Below, in pieces: positions 30,569 to 41,518 of a stretch of DNA of 64,000 bases. Each line of letters begins with the position of its first letter. Within the stretch, counting starts at the first letter, position 1. Below the pieces are notes generated by a model. That model was not told where the DNA came from. It worked only from the letters and a program-made list of their open reading frames with translations, and ran no database searches. Made by a program: the position numbers and the translations under genes. Source of the stretch: Gammaproteobacteria bacterium (GTDB lineage: Bacteria > Pseudomonadota > Gammaproteobacteria > Porifericomitales > Porifericomitaceae); NCBI GenBank assembly GCA_014238615.1, contig JABAAT010000016.1:894-64893 (forward strand), read 5' to 3'.

Positions 30569-31552
30569 TTGCAGGATGGTGTAGAGAAGGTCAGCATTGA
30601 GACTCCCGCCCGCCTGCACTTAGGTTTTTTAGATCTTCATGGCGGGTTGGGGCGCAGCTACGGCGGCCTGGGTATGGCCATTGATGGCTTTGGAGTGCGC
30701 CTGGAGGCTTTCCCGGCGGCTGTTTGTGGTGCCACCGGCCCCGCCGCGCCGCGCGCCGCCCGCGTTGCCGGGAAAGTATGCGCCGCGTTGCAGCTGCGTG
30801 GCGCCGTACACATCCGCATTCAGGAAGCCATCCCGCCTCACGTGGGCCTGGGTTCCGGCACCCAGTTAGACTTGGCGGTGGCGCGCGCTATCCTGGAACT
30901 CTGGTCCTTGTCCGTGCCCCTGTGCGGACTGGGCTTGGATATTGGACGCCGCAGCCGCTCCGGCATCGGCATGGGGGTCTTCGATCAGGGGGGCCTGGTG
31001 GTGGACGGTGGTTATGGAGAGGAGAGCAGCGCACCCCCCGTACTCTGCAGGCTGGAGGTTCCCGCTTCCTGGCGTTTCCTGCTCGTGCGGGAACGCTGTG
31101 ACACGCCTTACTGCGGCGACCGCGAACGCCAGGCGTTTAACAGGCTGGGGCGCATGTCGGAGGAAGGCGCCGGCAGGCTGTGCCGCCTGGTGTTGATGGG
31201 TGTCTTGCCGGCGGTTTGCGAGAGAAACTGCGCTACTTTTGGACGCGCCTTATCCAGCCTGCAGGAGGGCATGGGAGCTCATTTTTCCTCGGTGCAGGGC
31301 GGCAGCTTCAGCAGCGCTGCAGTGGCCGGGGCGTTGCGTTGGTTGCGCCGCCACGGTGCCCTGGGTATCGGTCAGAGTTCTTGGGGACCCACCGGTTACG
31401 CGGTTTACCCGGATCCGGAGTCTGCGGACGCGGCGCGGGAGCATTTTGAGCGACACCACGGCTCCGAGGGCGGGTTGCAGTTGCAGGTGGTGGCGGCGCG
31501 CAATACCGGCGCCTGTGTCCGGCGCCACGGCGTGCGCGCGGTGAGCGCCTGA
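30569..31552 (+). CDS. mptG: beta-ribofuranosylaminobenzene 5'-phosphate synthase (H4MPT biosynthesis, GHMP family); start uncertain
   Basis: PARLHLGFLDL.G.LGRSYGGLG, IPPHVGLGSGTQL, RSGIG, GGLVVDGG, GQSSWGPTG; divergent from fhcB; TTG at 30569 follows AGGGGA. Confidence 0.92.
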   Translation: MQDGVEKVSIETPARLHLGFLDLHGGLGRSYGGLGMAIDGFGVRLEAFPAAVCGATGPAAPRAARVAGKVCAALQLRGAVHIRIQEAIPPHVGLGSGTQLDLAVARAILELWSLSVPLCGLGLDIGRRSRSGIGMGVFDQGGLVVDGGYGEESSAPPVLCRLEVPASWRFLLVRERCDTPYCGDRERQAFNRLGRMSEEGAGRLCRLVLMGVLPAVCERNCATFGRALSSLQEGMGAHFSSVQGGSFSSAAVAGALRWLRRHGALGIGQSSWGPTGYAVYPDPESADAAREHFERHHGSEGGLQLQVVAARNTGACVRRHGVRAVSA

Positions 31553-31881
31553 ATCAAAAATCAGGCCTGAGTACCAGGAATACCTGGTAATGAAAACCTG
31601 CTGTAGATCAAGGCATCGGCACTGTCTTCAGGCTTGTCAGGAGCACGCACTTGCAGGCCCGCCGCCCCCATGGCAGGTTGTCTTTTTCGGGCTGTCTTTT
31701 TCGTTTGGGAGTGAACCTGCTGATGCAGGGGCAAAAGCCTGTGACAAAAGCCTGTTGGGTGCGATAGGGGTGCGCCCGGGTTTTTTGACAGGCCCCGGGA
31801 CAGGCCCCGGGACACGAGGGGACACGAGAAGTGCGGCACAGTTTCCGGGGCCGCTTCGAGCCCGGACTTGTGGAAGAGAGA

Positions 31882-32859
31882 TCAGCCCAGGGCGGTGCTT
31901 TTTTCCCCTTCCAACTCCCGGCGGGTGCGTTCCATGCGCTCCCTGCTGTAGGAGCTGATCGGCAGGTCCGGGACAATGTGGTAGCGGCCCCCGCTGCAGG
32001 TGACGGGGAAGGAATAGACGAGACCTTCGGGGATGCCGTAGCTGCCGTCGCTGGGGACAGCCATGCTGGTCCAGTCACCTGCGGGAGTGTTTTCCCTCCA
32101 CAGGCGCATATGCTGAATGGCGGCGTTCGCGGCCGAAGCCGCGCTCGAGGCGCCGCGCACCTTGATGATCTCAGCGCCGCGCTGGGCCACGGCGGGGATG
32201 AACTCTTTTTCCACCCAGTCCGCATCGAGGCTTTCCAGAAGCGGCCTGCCGTCTACGAGGGCGTGGCTGAGGTCTGGGTACTGGGTGCCGGAGTGGTTAC
32301 CCCAGACGCAGAGGCGGCGCAGCAGGCTGACCGGCTGTTGGAGCTTGTCGGCGACCTTGGCCAGGGCGCGGTTATGGTCCAGGCGGGTCATGGCGGTGAA
32401 GTTCCGGGCGGGCAGATCGGGAGCGTGCCGCTGAGCGACCAGGGCATTGGTGTTGGCCGGGTTGCCAACCACCAGCACCCTGGTCTCACTTGTCGCGTGT
32501 TCGTTCAGGGCGCGGCCCTGGGTCTTGAAGATGTCGGTGTTCTGGAGCAGCAGGTCGCTGCGCTCCATGCCCGCGCCGCGCGGTTTGGCGCCCACCAGGA
32601 AGGCGAGGTCCACATCTCTGAAGCCTGCCCCGAGATCGTCAGTGGTGACGATGTCTCGTAATTCCGGGAAGGCGCAGTCTTCCAGCTCCATGCGTACGCC
32701 CCGCAGCGCGGGCAGGGCGGCCGGTATTTCTACGAGGTGCAGGATGAGCGGCTGCCCGGCGCCGAGCAACTCCCCGGAGGCGATACGGAAGACCAGGGCG
32801 TAACCGATTTGCCCGGAGGCCCCGGTGACTGCCACGCGTAACGGCGGCCGGGCGTTCAC
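31882..32859 (-). CDS. mdh: malate dehydrogenase
   Basis: [51 protein letters not shown]. Confidence 0.97.
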   Translation of the reverse strand: MNARPPLRVAVTGASGQIGYALVFRIASGELLGAGQPLILHLVEIPAALPALRGVRMELEDCAFPELRDIVTTDDLGAGFRDVDLAFLVGAKPRGAGMERSDLLLQNTDIFKTQGRALNEHATSETRVLVVGNPANTNALVAQRHAPDLPARNFTAMTRLDHNRALAKVADKLQQPVSLLRRLCVWGNHSGTQYPDLSHALVDGRPLLESLDADWVEKEFIPAVAQRGAEIIKVRGASSAASAANAAIQHMRLWRENTPAGDWTSMAVPSDGSYGIPEGLVYSFPVTCSGGRYHIVPDLPISSYSRERMERTRRELEGEKSTALG

Positions 32860-34175
32860 GAGCGCTTTTTCCGGGCCGGACCGTCGCGCTGCTCAATGGG
32901 TACGTAGGAGCGCTTTTCGCTGCCGATGTAGAGTTGTCGAGGGCGGCCGATACGAAAATCCGGATCGGCGACCATCTCCAGCCAGTGCGCGATCCAGCCA
33001 GCGGAGCGGCCCAGCGCGAAGATCACGGTGAACATGGAAGTAGGGATGCCCAGCGCCTGCAGAATAATGCCGGAGTAGAAGTCCACGTTGGGATAGAGTT
33101 TGCGCTCTACGAAGTATTCGTCCTGGAGGGCGATTTCCTCCAGGCGCATGGCGATATCCAACAGGGGCTGGTTGATACCTTGCAGTTCGTTCAGCAGTTC
33201 GTGGCAGGCCTTGCGAATGATGGCGGCGCGCGGGTCGTAGTTTTTATAGACCCGGTGGCCGAAGCCCATGAGCCGGAAAGGATCGGACTTGTTCTTGGCG
33301 CGCTCAATAAATTTCGGAATGTGCCGGGGGTGCTGAATGTCATTCAACATGCGGACGACGGCCTCGTTCGCGCCGCCGTGAGCGCGGCCCCAAAGCGTCA
33401 CGCAGCCAGCCGAAATACAGGCGAAAGGATTCGCCTCGGCGCTGCCGGCCAGGCGCACGGTGGAGGTGCTGGCGTTCTGTTCGTGATCGGCATGCAGGAT
33501 CAGCAGTTTCTCCAGGGCCTTGCAGGCCAGCGGGATGGTTTCGTAGGGCAGGTGCGGCCGGGTGAACATCATCTTCAGGAAGTTTTCCATGTAGCCGAGT
33601 TCCGGCCAGGCGTAGGCGAAGGGATGTCCCATCGAGTGCTTGTAGCAGTTGGCCGCCAGGATCGGCATCTTGGCGATGACGCGCCGGGCGGTGAGGTCGC
33701 GGTCATCCGGGTCGTTAATGTCCAGCGCTTCGTGGTAGTAGGAGGAGAGGGCGCCGGTGACGCCGACCATGATGGACATGGGATGGGCGTCGTAGAGGTA
33801 GCCGGAATAGAAGCGCAGCAGGTGCTCATGGACGACGCTGCGTTCGCGAATCTGGTTCTGGAAGTCAGTCATTTGGTTGCTGGTGGGCAGTGTGCCGTAC
33901 AGCAGCAGGTAACAGACTTCCAGGTAGTTGCTGTGCTCCGCGAGCTGCTCAATGGGGTAGCCGCGGTGTCTCAGAATGCCCGCCTCACCGTCCAGGAAGG
34001 TGATCGAGCTGCGGCAGGAAGCGGTGGAGAGGAAGCCGGGGTCCAGGGCGAACATGCCTAATTCCCGGTAGATTGCGCTGGCGTCCACAACATCCGGCCC
34101 GTTGGTGCCGGACAGCACCGGGCATTCTATTTTTTTGCCGGTGGCGTTATCAATGATAGTCACGGTGCGGCTCAT
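32856..34175 (-). CDS. gltA: citrate synthase (type II)
   Basis: [56 protein letters not shown]. Confidence 0.97.
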   Translation of the reverse strand: MSRTVTIIDNATGKKIECPVLSGTNGPDVVDASAIYRELGMFALDPGFLSTASCRSSITFLDGEAGILRHRGYPIEQLAEHSNYLEVCYLLLYGTLPTSNQMTDFQNQIRERSVVHEHLLRFYSGYLYDAHPMSIMVGVTGALSSYYHEALDINDPDDRDLTARRVIAKMPILAANCYKHSMGHPFAYAWPELGYMENFLKMMFTRPHLPYETIPLACKALEKLLILHADHEQNASTSTVRLAGSAEANPFACISAGCVTLWGRAHGGANEAVVRMLNDIQHPRHIPKFIERAKNKSDPFRLMGFGHRVYKNYDPRAAIIRKACHELLNELQGINQPLLDIAMRLEEIALQDEYFVERKLYPNVDFYSGIILQALGIPTSMFTVIFALGRSAGWIAHWLEMVADPDFRIGRPRQLYIGSEKRSYVPIEQRDGPARKKRS

Positions 34176-34321
34176 GCGCGATACTCCGGGTCAGCATTTT
34201 TAACAAGAAAAAATCGATTTGCCCCTGGATACCTTAAGTCTGAATCCCTTGGTTCGTAATCCTTTAGCCTGGCTGGACAGGGTGGGGCCGGCGGCGCCGG
34301 TGCCTGAGACTGGACGGGCCA

Positions 34322-34335
34322 TGCATTGCAATGCA
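34322..34335. promoter_or_regulatory. perfect 14-bp palindrome in the gltA/sucA divergent region (candidate operator)
   Basis: TGCATTGCAATGCA. Confidence 0.4.
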
Positions 34336-34554
34336 GCATTTTGCCCCGGATAATGGGTAATTGCAAGCACTCCGGGATACCGATGGGGGAGCCGGCGGCG
34401 TTTTCGGTGTGCAAAAGACGGCGCGGCGGGTTTTCCGGCGCGGGAGCGATTCGGGTTAGGCTTGCTGCTGATGAAGCCTGGTATCGCCCCCGGTCGCGGC
34501 GGGAACAAGGTCTGCCGGGCGGTTGCCTGGTGTCAAGCGGTGGAGAGCAGGGTT

Positions 34555-37311
34555 ATGAGTCATGAACCATCTTACGTAAACGCGGTCTATTTAGAGCAGC
34601 TGTTGGAGCGCCTGCGGACCGACCCTGAGAGCCTTTCCCCCGATTGGCGCCGTTGGTTTGATACGTTGGAGCGGGACGGCCCCGGGGGGGCGCGGGAAGA
34701 CGATGCGCATATCGCCTGGGAAGAGCGTAAGCAGGTGGGTGTGCTGCAGTTGATCAACGCCCACCGTTTCCGCGGCCATGAGGCGGCTGATTTGAATCCT
34801 TTGCGGCACGTGGAGCGTGCGCGCGTGGCAGAACTGGAGCCGGCGTACCATGGCTTGGACGCAGCGGACCTGGATCGGGTCTTTGACAGCGGCTCGTTAT
34901 TCGGCCTGGAGCGGGCGACCCTGCGTGAGATCCTGGAGCGGGTCAGCGGCGTGTATTGTGGCCGCATCGGCGCTGAGTACATGCACATCAACGATACCGA
35001 GGAGAAGCGCTGGTTCCAGGAGCGCCTGGAAGCCGGGTTTCCCTGGCCGCGCCCGGCACCCGAGGAGCGCTTGCACATCCTGGAGCGCCTGACCGCGGCA
35101 CAATCCCTGGAGCAGTTCCTGGCTACCCGCTACGCGGGGCAGAAACGCTTTTCCCTGGAAGGAGGCGAGAGCCTGATCCCGCTGCTGGACAGCCTGGTGA
35201 GTGATGCCGGCAGGCTCAAGATGCAGGAATTTGTCATCGCCATGGCGCATCGAGGGCGGCTCAATGTATTGGTGAACATTATCGGCAAGAATCCGGCGGT
35301 GCTGTGCGGTGAATTCGAGGGGAACGGGCACAGCGTGGGGGCCGGGGACGTCAAGTACCACCTGGGTTATTCCTCCGATGTCCGCACCGCTTCCGGTTCC
35401 ATTCACCTGACCCTGGCGTTCAATCCCTCGCACCTGGAGATCGTCGCGCCGGTGGTGGAAGGTTCGGTGCGCGCCCGCCAGGAGCGCATCGGCGCGCTGG
35501 GGCAGCAGCGCGCCCTGCCGGTGTTGATCCATGGTGATGCGGCCTTCGCCGGCCAGGGTGTGGTGATGGAGACCTTCAATCTTTCACAGACCCGCGGCTA
35601 TTCCACCGGCGGCACCCTGCACATCATCATCAACAACCAGATCGGCTTTACCACCAGTGATGTGCGGGACGCACGCTCCACTCCGTACTGCACCGATGTC
35701 GCGAAGCTGGTGCAGGCGCCCATTCTCCACGTCAATGCCGACGACCCCGAGGCCCTGTTGTTTATCGGCAAACTGGCCCTGGATTACCGCATGCACTTTC
35801 ACAGGGATGTGGTGATTGACATGGTCTGTTACCGGCGCCATGGGCACAGCGAGGTGGACGAGCCTTCCGTCACCCAGCCTGTCATGTACCAGCAGGTGCG
35901 CGCCCATCCCGGCACCCTGAAACTTTATAAGCAGCGTCTGCTCGAGGAAGGCGTGTTGGAGGAGGAGCGCCAGGAGCGTATGCGGCGGGATTACCTGGAG
36001 GCCCTGGAAGCGGGGCGCGTGGTGGCGGCACCGCAGGCGCCGGACAGCCATGCCGAGTGGCGCATCGACTACAGTGAATATGCTGGCAAGCCTTTGAATA
36101 CGGCGAGCGATACCACGCTTGCGGAGACCGAGGTGCGGCGCCTGGGAGAGCGGCTCGTGGCGTTACCGGAAGCTTTTAAGCTGCATCCCAGCGTCCAGCG
36201 CATCCTGGCCCGGCGCGCCAGGATGGCGCACGGAGACCTGCCGGGGGACTGGGGTTTCGCCGAGACCCTGGCTTATGCCTCCCTGGTGGACCAGGGCTAC
36301 CACGTGCGGGTTTCGGGACAGGATTGCTGCCGCGGCACCTTTTTCCATCGGCATGCGGTGTTGCATGAGCAGGAAGACGGAACCTGTCAAATCCCACTGG
36401 AAAGAATACGTCCCGGCCAGGGCAGGTTTTTGATCGTGAATTCCCCCCTTTCCGAGGAAGCCGTGCTGGCCTTTGAATACGGTTACAGCAGCGCCGAGCC
36501 GCGCGCGCTGGTGGTATGGGAGGCGCAGTTTGGTGATTTTGCGAACACCGCCCAAGTGGTTTTTGACCAGTTTCTGAGCTCCAGTGAGCGCAAGTGGGGG
36601 TTGTATTGCGGGCTGACGGTGTTGCTGCCGCACGGCTATGACGGCCAGGGTCCGGAGCATTCCTCGGCGCGCCTGGAGCGTTACCTGCAGTTATGCGCCG
36701 AGGAAAATTTTCAGGTCTGCGTGCCCAGTAACGCGGCACAGATGTTTCACCTGCTGCGGCGCCAGGTGCTGCGGCCCTGCCGTAAACCGCTGCTGATCAT
36801 GAGCCCGAAGAGCCTGCTGCGCCACGAGCCCTCCGCTTCGCCCCTGAAGCACTTCAGCGAGCGCGGCTTTCAGCCCGTGCTGGATGATCCGGATGCACCG
36901 GACCCGGGGCGCGCGCGGCGCCTGTTATTCTGTTGCGGCAAGGTCTACTATGAACTCACGAAGAAACGGCGTGAAGAAGGGCTTGAACATATCCCCATCC
37001 TGCGCATTGAGCAGCTTTATCCTTTCCCCTCCGGGGAGGTGGAAGAACTGCTGCATAAATACAAGGCCGCCGCCGAAGTGATCTGGGTGCAGGAGGAACC
37101 GCGCAACCAGGGCGCCTGGAATTACATCAAGTCGCGTCACAACATGTTGGGCCGGCTTGGCAGACACCAGCGCCTGGACTATGTCGGGCGGGAGGCCTCG
37201 GCCTCTCCGGCCACGGGTGCGCTGCGGCTGCATCAGCGGCAGCAGCAATGCATTTCGGAGCAGGCGCTGGAACTGGACGCGCATGTGGGTCTGCGCCGCA
37301 AGCGGGGCTGA
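34555..37311 (+). CDS. sucA: 2-oxoglutarate dehydrogenase E1
   Basis: [56 protein letters not shown]; ATG at 34555. Confidence 0.97.
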   Translation: MSHEPSYVNAVYLEQLLERLRTDPESLSPDWRRWFDTLERDGPGGAREDDAHIAWEERKQVGVLQLINAHRFRGHEAADLNPLRHVERARVAELEPAYHGLDAADLDRVFDSGSLFGLERATLREILERVSGVYCGRIGAEYMHINDTEEKRWFQERLEAGFPWPRPAPEERLHILERLTAAQSLEQFLATRYAGQKRFSLEGGESLIPLLDSLVSDAGRLKMQEFVIAMAHRGRLNVLVNIIGKNPAVLCGEFEGNGHSVGAGDVKYHLGYSSDVRTASGSIHLTLAFNPSHLEIVAPVVEGSVRARQERIGALGQQRALPVLIHGDAAFAGQGVVMETFNLSQTRGYSTGGTLHIIINNQIGFTTSDVRDARSTPYCTDVAKLVQAPILHVNADDPEALLFIGKLALDYRMHFHRDVVIDMVCYRRHGHSEVDEPSVTQPVMYQQVRAHPGTLKLYKQRLLEEGVLEEERQERMRRDYLEALEAGRVVAAPQAPDSHAEWRIDYSEYAGKPLNTASDTTLAETEVRRLGERLVALPEAFKLHPSVQRILARRARMAHGDLPGDWGFAETLAYASLVDQGYHVRVSGQDCCRGTFFHRHAVLHEQEDGTCQIPLERIRPGQGRFLIVNSPLSEEAVLAFEYGYSSAEPRALVVWEAQFGDFANTAQVVFDQFLSSSERKWGLYCGLTVLLPHGYDGQGPEHSSARLERYLQLCAEENFQVCVPSNAAQMFHLLRRQVLRPCRKPLLIMSPKSLLRHEPSASPLKHFSERGFQPVLDDPDAPDPGRARRLLFCCGKVYYELTKKRREEGLEHIPILRIEQLYPFPSGEVEELLHKYKAAAEVIWVQEEPRNQGAWNYIKSRHNMLGRLGRHQRLDYVGREASASPATGALRLHQRQQQCISEQALELDAHVGLRRKRG

Positions 37312-37360
37312 TCCGGAACGTGCGGTCGGAAATTGGACAGCAAAGTGGAGTAACGGAGTC

Positions 37361-38686
37361 ATGCAGGTAGAAATCAAGGTGCCGACGCTGGCCGAGTCGG
37401 TCAGCGAGGCCAGAGTTTTGGACTGGCACAAGCAGGAGGGGGCCCCGGTGCAGCGCGGTGACAGCCTGGTGGATATCGAAACCGATAAGGTCACCCTGGA
37501 GTTGAGCGCGCCGGAGCATGGTGTGCTGGAGCGCATTCATAAGCAGCGCGGCGCGCGGGTGGACAGCGGTGAGTTGCTCGCCGTGCTGCGCACCGGGGAG
37601 GCCGCGGCCGCCGGAGCGGACGTCCCGGATGCCGTGGAACCGCGGGCAAGCGCCGTGACGCCGGTGCCGGAGGCCGCGGAGCCGAAGGCGGACTCCGTTG
37701 ATCCCCAACTTGCTTTAGAGCCGGCGCCGGTCACCCCCAAGCTTAGCCCCGCCGTGCGCGCGTTGCTGCGGGAGCATGATTTGGCGGCGGAGCAAGTGCC
37801 GATCATCGGGGGTGGGAAGCGCCTGAGAAAGAAGGACGTTCTGGCTTATCTAAAGACGCTACGGACGGACGGTGGCACCGTCGCCGAGCCCGTGGAGCCG
37901 CCGCCGGTACCTGCTCCGAAAGCGGACCCGGAGCCCGGTGCGGATTCCGGGGAGCTTGTTTCCACCCCCGCGGCGCCGTCGCGGGAGCGGCGCGTGGAAC
38001 GCGTCCCCATGTCCGGATTGCGCCGTTACATTGCCCGGCGGCTCCTGCAGGCCCAGCGTGAGCACGTGATTCTCACCACCTTTAACGAAGTAGATATGCG
38101 GGACGTGCTGGAGTTACGCAAGAGTTACCGGGATGAATTCGAACGCCGCCACGGGGTACGTTTGGGCCTCATGTCCTTTTTCGTGCGGGCGGTGGTGGGC
38201 GCCTTGCGGCGCTTCCCCCTGTTGAACGCCTCGGTGGAGGAGGATCACATCGTGCAGCATCACTATTTCGATATCGGTGTCGCGGTGAGCGTGCCGCGCG
38301 GCCTGGTGGTGCCGGTGCTGCGTGATGTGGATAGTTTGTCGCTCGCCGCCATTGAATGCGGCATCCGGGAATTCGCCTCGAAGGCGCGTGATTCCACCCT
38401 GAGCGCCGAAGAACTCAGCGGCGGCACCTTCACCGTCACCAACGGCGGCGTTTTTGGCTCCTTGCTGTCCACCCCGATCCTGAATCCGCCGCAGAGCGGC
38501 ATCCTCGGCATGCATAAAATTCAATCCCGCCCGGTGGCCGTGGCCGACCAGGTGGAGCTGCGGCCCATGATGTACCTGGCCCTGTCCTATGATCACCGTA
38601 TCGTGGATGGCCGGGAGGCGGTGGGCTTCCTGGTTGCGGTGAAAGAGCAACTGGAGGATCCCGCGCGCATGCTGCTGGAGCTCTGA
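37361..38686 (+). CDS. sucB: dihydrolipoamide succinyltransferase E2
   Basis: Lipoyl domain ETDKV, LSPAVR E3-binding domain, [33 protein letters not shown]; GGAG RBS before ATG at 37361. Confidence 0.97.
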   Translation: MQVEIKVPTLAESVSEARVLDWHKQEGAPVQRGDSLVDIETDKVTLELSAPEHGVLERIHKQRGARVDSGELLAVLRTGEAAAAGADVPDAVEPRASAVTPVPEAAEPKADSVDPQLALEPAPVTPKLSPAVRALLREHDLAAEQVPIIGGGKRLRKKDVLAYLKTLRTDGGTVAEPVEPPPVPAPKADPEPGADSGELVSTPAAPSRERRVERVPMSGLRRYIARRLLQAQREHVILTTFNEVDMRDVLELRKSYRDEFERRHGVRLGLMSFFVRAVVGALRRFPLLNASVEEDHIVQHHYFDIGVAVSVPRGLVVPVLRDVDSLSLAAIECGIREFASKARDSTLSAEELSGGTFTVTNGGVFGSLLSTPILNPPQSGILGMHKIQSRPVAVADQVELRPMMYLALSYDHRIVDGREAVGFLVAVKEQLEDPARMLLEL

Positions 38687-38721
38687 GCGGCGCCCTTGCA
38701 GCGAACATGTCAGGAAGACAC

Positions 38722-40152
38722 ATGGAAAAATATGATGTTGTTGTGATTGGAGCGGGCCCGGGAGGCTACGTGGCCGCGATTCGCTGCGCCCAGCTTGGAC
38801 TAAGCACCGCCTGCGTGGAAAGCTGGCTGAATGTGCGCGGTCGCCCTGCGCTCGGCGGTACCTGCCTGAATGTCGGTTGCATCCCGTCCAAGGCGTTGCT
38901 GGATTCCTCTCACCTGTACATGGAGCTGCGTCGGCACGGTGCCGAGCACGGCATTCAGGCGCAGGATGTGACGGTGGACCTGGGGCGTATGATGGAACGC
39001 AAAAACAAGGTGGTGGACGACCTGACGCGGGGGGTGGCCGGCCTGTTTCGCAAGCACGGTGTGCAATGGCTGCGCGGCCACGGCCGCCTGTTGCCGGAGC
39101 GGCGCGTGGAAGTGACGCTGCTCGGCGAGCAGGCCGGCGAGCAGATACAGGTGCAGGCCGAACACGTGATTATCGCCACCGGCTCGGTGCCCGGCGCGTT
39201 GCCGGAAGCCCCGGTGAACAATGATTTACAGGTGGTGGATTCCACCGGAGCGCTGGCGTTTGATGCGGTGCCTGAAAACCTGGCGATCATCGGCGCCGGT
39301 GTCATCGGCCTGGAATTGGGCAGCGTCTGGAACCGTCTTGGCTCCAAGGTCGTGCTGCTGGAGGCGTTGCCGAGGCTGCTGCCGATGCTGGATGATGCGG
39401 TGTCCGGGGCACTCTCAAAACTGTTCAAGAACCAGGGCCTGGAGGTTCTCCTGGGGGCCCGGGTCAGCGCCACCAGGACGAAAAAACGGCGGGTCACGGT
39501 CAACTACGAGCAGCAGGGGGAGAGTAAGAGCCTGGAAGTAGATCGCCTCATCGTGGCGGTGGGACGGCGCGCCAATACCGCCGGGCTGGGTCTCCAGGAA
39601 TGTGGAGTCAACCTGGATGCGCATGGATATATCAAGGTGGATCGGCATTGCCGCAGCAGCTTACCGGGGGTGTACGCGCTGGGAGATGTGATCGGCGGAC
39701 CGATGCTCGCCCACAAGGCATCCAAGGAAGGGACGATGGTCGCCGAGCTGATTGCCGGGAAGCGCCACAGTCCGGTGAATTACGACAGGGTGCCCTGGGT
39801 CATCTATACCTGGCCGGAGATCGCCTGGGCCGGCCTGACCGAAGAACAGGCCGAAGAGCGCGGCCACCGGTGCCGCAGCGGCCGCTTCCCGTTCCGGGCC
39901 AGCGGCCGGGCACGGGCCATGGGTTCCTGGGATGGCTTTGTCAAGGTGGTGGGCGAGGTGGAGACGGATCGCCTGTTAGGAGTGCAGGCTGTCGGTCCGA
40001 ATGTCTCTGAACTCATCGCCGAGGTGGTGTTGGCCCTGGAGTTTGAAGCGAGTACGGAGGACCTGGCCCGCACCATCCATGCTCACCCGACGCTTTCCGA
40101 GGCACTCCACGAAGCCGCGCTGGCTGTCAGCGGCAGGGCGCTGCACGCATAG
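38722..40152 (+). CDS. lpdA: dihydrolipoamide dehydrogenase
   Basis: GAGPGGYVAA, GGTCLNVGCIPSK, MLAHKA, HAHPTLSE. Confidence 0.97.
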   Translation: MEKYDVVVIGAGPGGYVAAIRCAQLGLSTACVESWLNVRGRPALGGTCLNVGCIPSKALLDSSHLYMELRRHGAEHGIQAQDVTVDLGRMMERKNKVVDDLTRGVAGLFRKHGVQWLRGHGRLLPERRVEVTLLGEQAGEQIQVQAEHVIIATGSVPGALPEAPVNNDLQVVDSTGALAFDAVPENLAIIGAGVIGLELGSVWNRLGSKVVLLEALPRLLPMLDDAVSGALSKLFKNQGLEVLLGARVSATRTKKRRVTVNYEQQGESKSLEVDRLIVAVGRRANTAGLGLQECGVNLDAHGYIKVDRHCRSSLPGVYALGDVIGGPMLAHKASKEGTMVAELIAGKRHSPVNYDRVPWVIYTWPEIAWAGLTEEQAEERGHRCRSGRFPFRASGRARAMGSWDGFVKVVGEVETDRLLGVQAVGPNVSELIAEVVLALEFEASTEDLARTIHAHPTLSEALHEAALAVSGRALHA

Positions 40153-40165
40153 CGAGCCGACCCCC

Positions 40166-40202
40166 GAGACCCGAACTGAGATCCGAACTTGAGATCCGAA
40201 CT
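40166..40202. repeat. 12-13 bp tandem repeat x3 between convergent lpdA and mtaB
   Basis: gagacccgaact gagatccgaactt gagatccgaact, abutting the mtaB stop. Confidence 0.85.
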
Positions 40203-41518
40203 CAGGCGGCCGCGGGGGTAGCCAGCAGAAAGCCGCCCTCCGGCGCCGCCGCCAGGCGCACTTCCTGGATTTCTCCCAGGGGCGCCCGCCAGCCGCGCGC
40301 CCGTACCGGCAGGTAATTCGGGGTATAGCCCAAAGATTCGCCCGAGGATTCACCCAGGGACTTATCCGTCTTTCCCTCGCGTCGTTGTTCCCACAGCACC
40401 GGCAGCACACGGTCCTGGTGGCGGGCGATGAAATCCTCGCGCCGCCGGGCGGCCAGGGCCAGCAGCCACCGGCAACGCGCCTTGCGCTCATCCGCCGGAA
40501 CCTGTTCCCCGAAGCCCGCCGCCGGTGTATCGGGACGCGGCGAATAGGGAAAGACATGGATGCCGGAGAAGTCCATGCGCTCGATGAAGCGCAGACTTTC
40601 CTGCCAGCGCGCCGCACTCTCCCCGGGGAAGCCGACGATGATGTCGGTGCTCACCGCCAGGTCCGGCACGCAATCCCGGGCGCGCGCAAGCAGCGCGGCG
40701 AAAGCGGTGCTGCGGCCGCGCCGCGCCATGCGCTTCAGCAGGGCGTCGCTGCCGCTCTGCAGGGGCAGATGCAGGTGCGGCATGAGGCGCCGCTCGGCCG
40801 CGAACAGCTCCAGCAACCGGGGCCGCAGTTCCCAGGGTTCCAGCGAGCCCAGGCGGATGCGCGGCACACCGGTCTCATTCAGCAGCAGGCGCAGCAGCTG
40901 CTCCAGGCACAAACCCAGGTCGCTGCCGTAAGCCCCCAGGTGGACGCCGCTGAGCACGATTTCCCTGGTGCCCGTGCTTGAAAGCTCCAGCACCTCGCGC
41001 AGAATGGCCTCGGCCGGACGGCTGCGTTCCTCCCCCCGGGCCACGGTGACGGTGCAGAAAGTGCAGCGATGGCGGCATCCGTCCTGCACCTTGATAAAGG
41101 CGCGGCGGCGCTTCAACGTCGGAGACGCGCAGGCAGCGGGCGAAGCGGAAGTTTCCAGGTCCAGTTTCTCCAGCACCTGCTGCACCAGTTGATCCTTTTG
41201 CGCATTGGACAGCACCAGGTCGGCTTCCTCCAGGGCCGTGGCCGAGGGCTCCAGGGTGGCGTAGCAGCCGGTCACCACGATCCGGGAGTGCGGATTGCCG
41301 CGCCGCGCCCGCCGCAGCAGCCGGCGTGACTTGCGGGCCGCCTCGGCGGTCACCGCGCAGCTGTTCAGGACCAGCAGCGAAGCCTGTTCTGGAGTGGGGC
41401 TCAGCCTCCAGCCGCCGCGCTGAAATTCCCGCCCCCATTGTGCGCTTTCGGCCTCGTTCAGGCGGCAGCCGAGGGTATAGAGGAAAACCCCCGGCGCTGC
41501 CTCGCTCTCAGTCTTCAC
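40202..41518 (-). CDS. mtaB: radical-SAM methylthiotransferase, MtaB-like (tRNA ms2t6A37)
   Basis: TLGCRLNEAE, NSCAVT, VTGCYA, AFIKVQDGCRHRCTFC, HLHLPLQSG, DIIVGFPGE, HVFPYSPR. Confidence 0.85.
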   Translation of the reverse strand: MKTESEAAPGVFLYTLGCRLNEAESAQWGREFQRGGWRLSPTPEQASLLVLNSCAVTAEAARKSRRLLRRARRGNPHSRIVVTGCYATLEPSATALEEADLVLSNAQKDQLVQQVLEKLDLETSASPAACASPTLKRRRAFIKVQDGCRHRCTFCTVTVARGEERSRPAEAILREVLELSSTGTREIVLSGVHLGAYGSDLGLCLEQLLRLLLNETGVPRIRLGSLEPWELRPRLLELFAAERRLMPHLHLPLQSGSDALLKRMARRGRSTAFAALLARARDCVPDLAVSTDIIVGFPGESAARWQESLRFIERMDFSGIHVFPYSPRPDTPAAGFGEQVPADERKARCRWLLALAARRREDFIARHQDRVLPVLWEQRREGKTDKSLGESSGESLGYTPNYLPVRARGWRAPLGEIQEVRLAAAPEGGFLLATPAAA

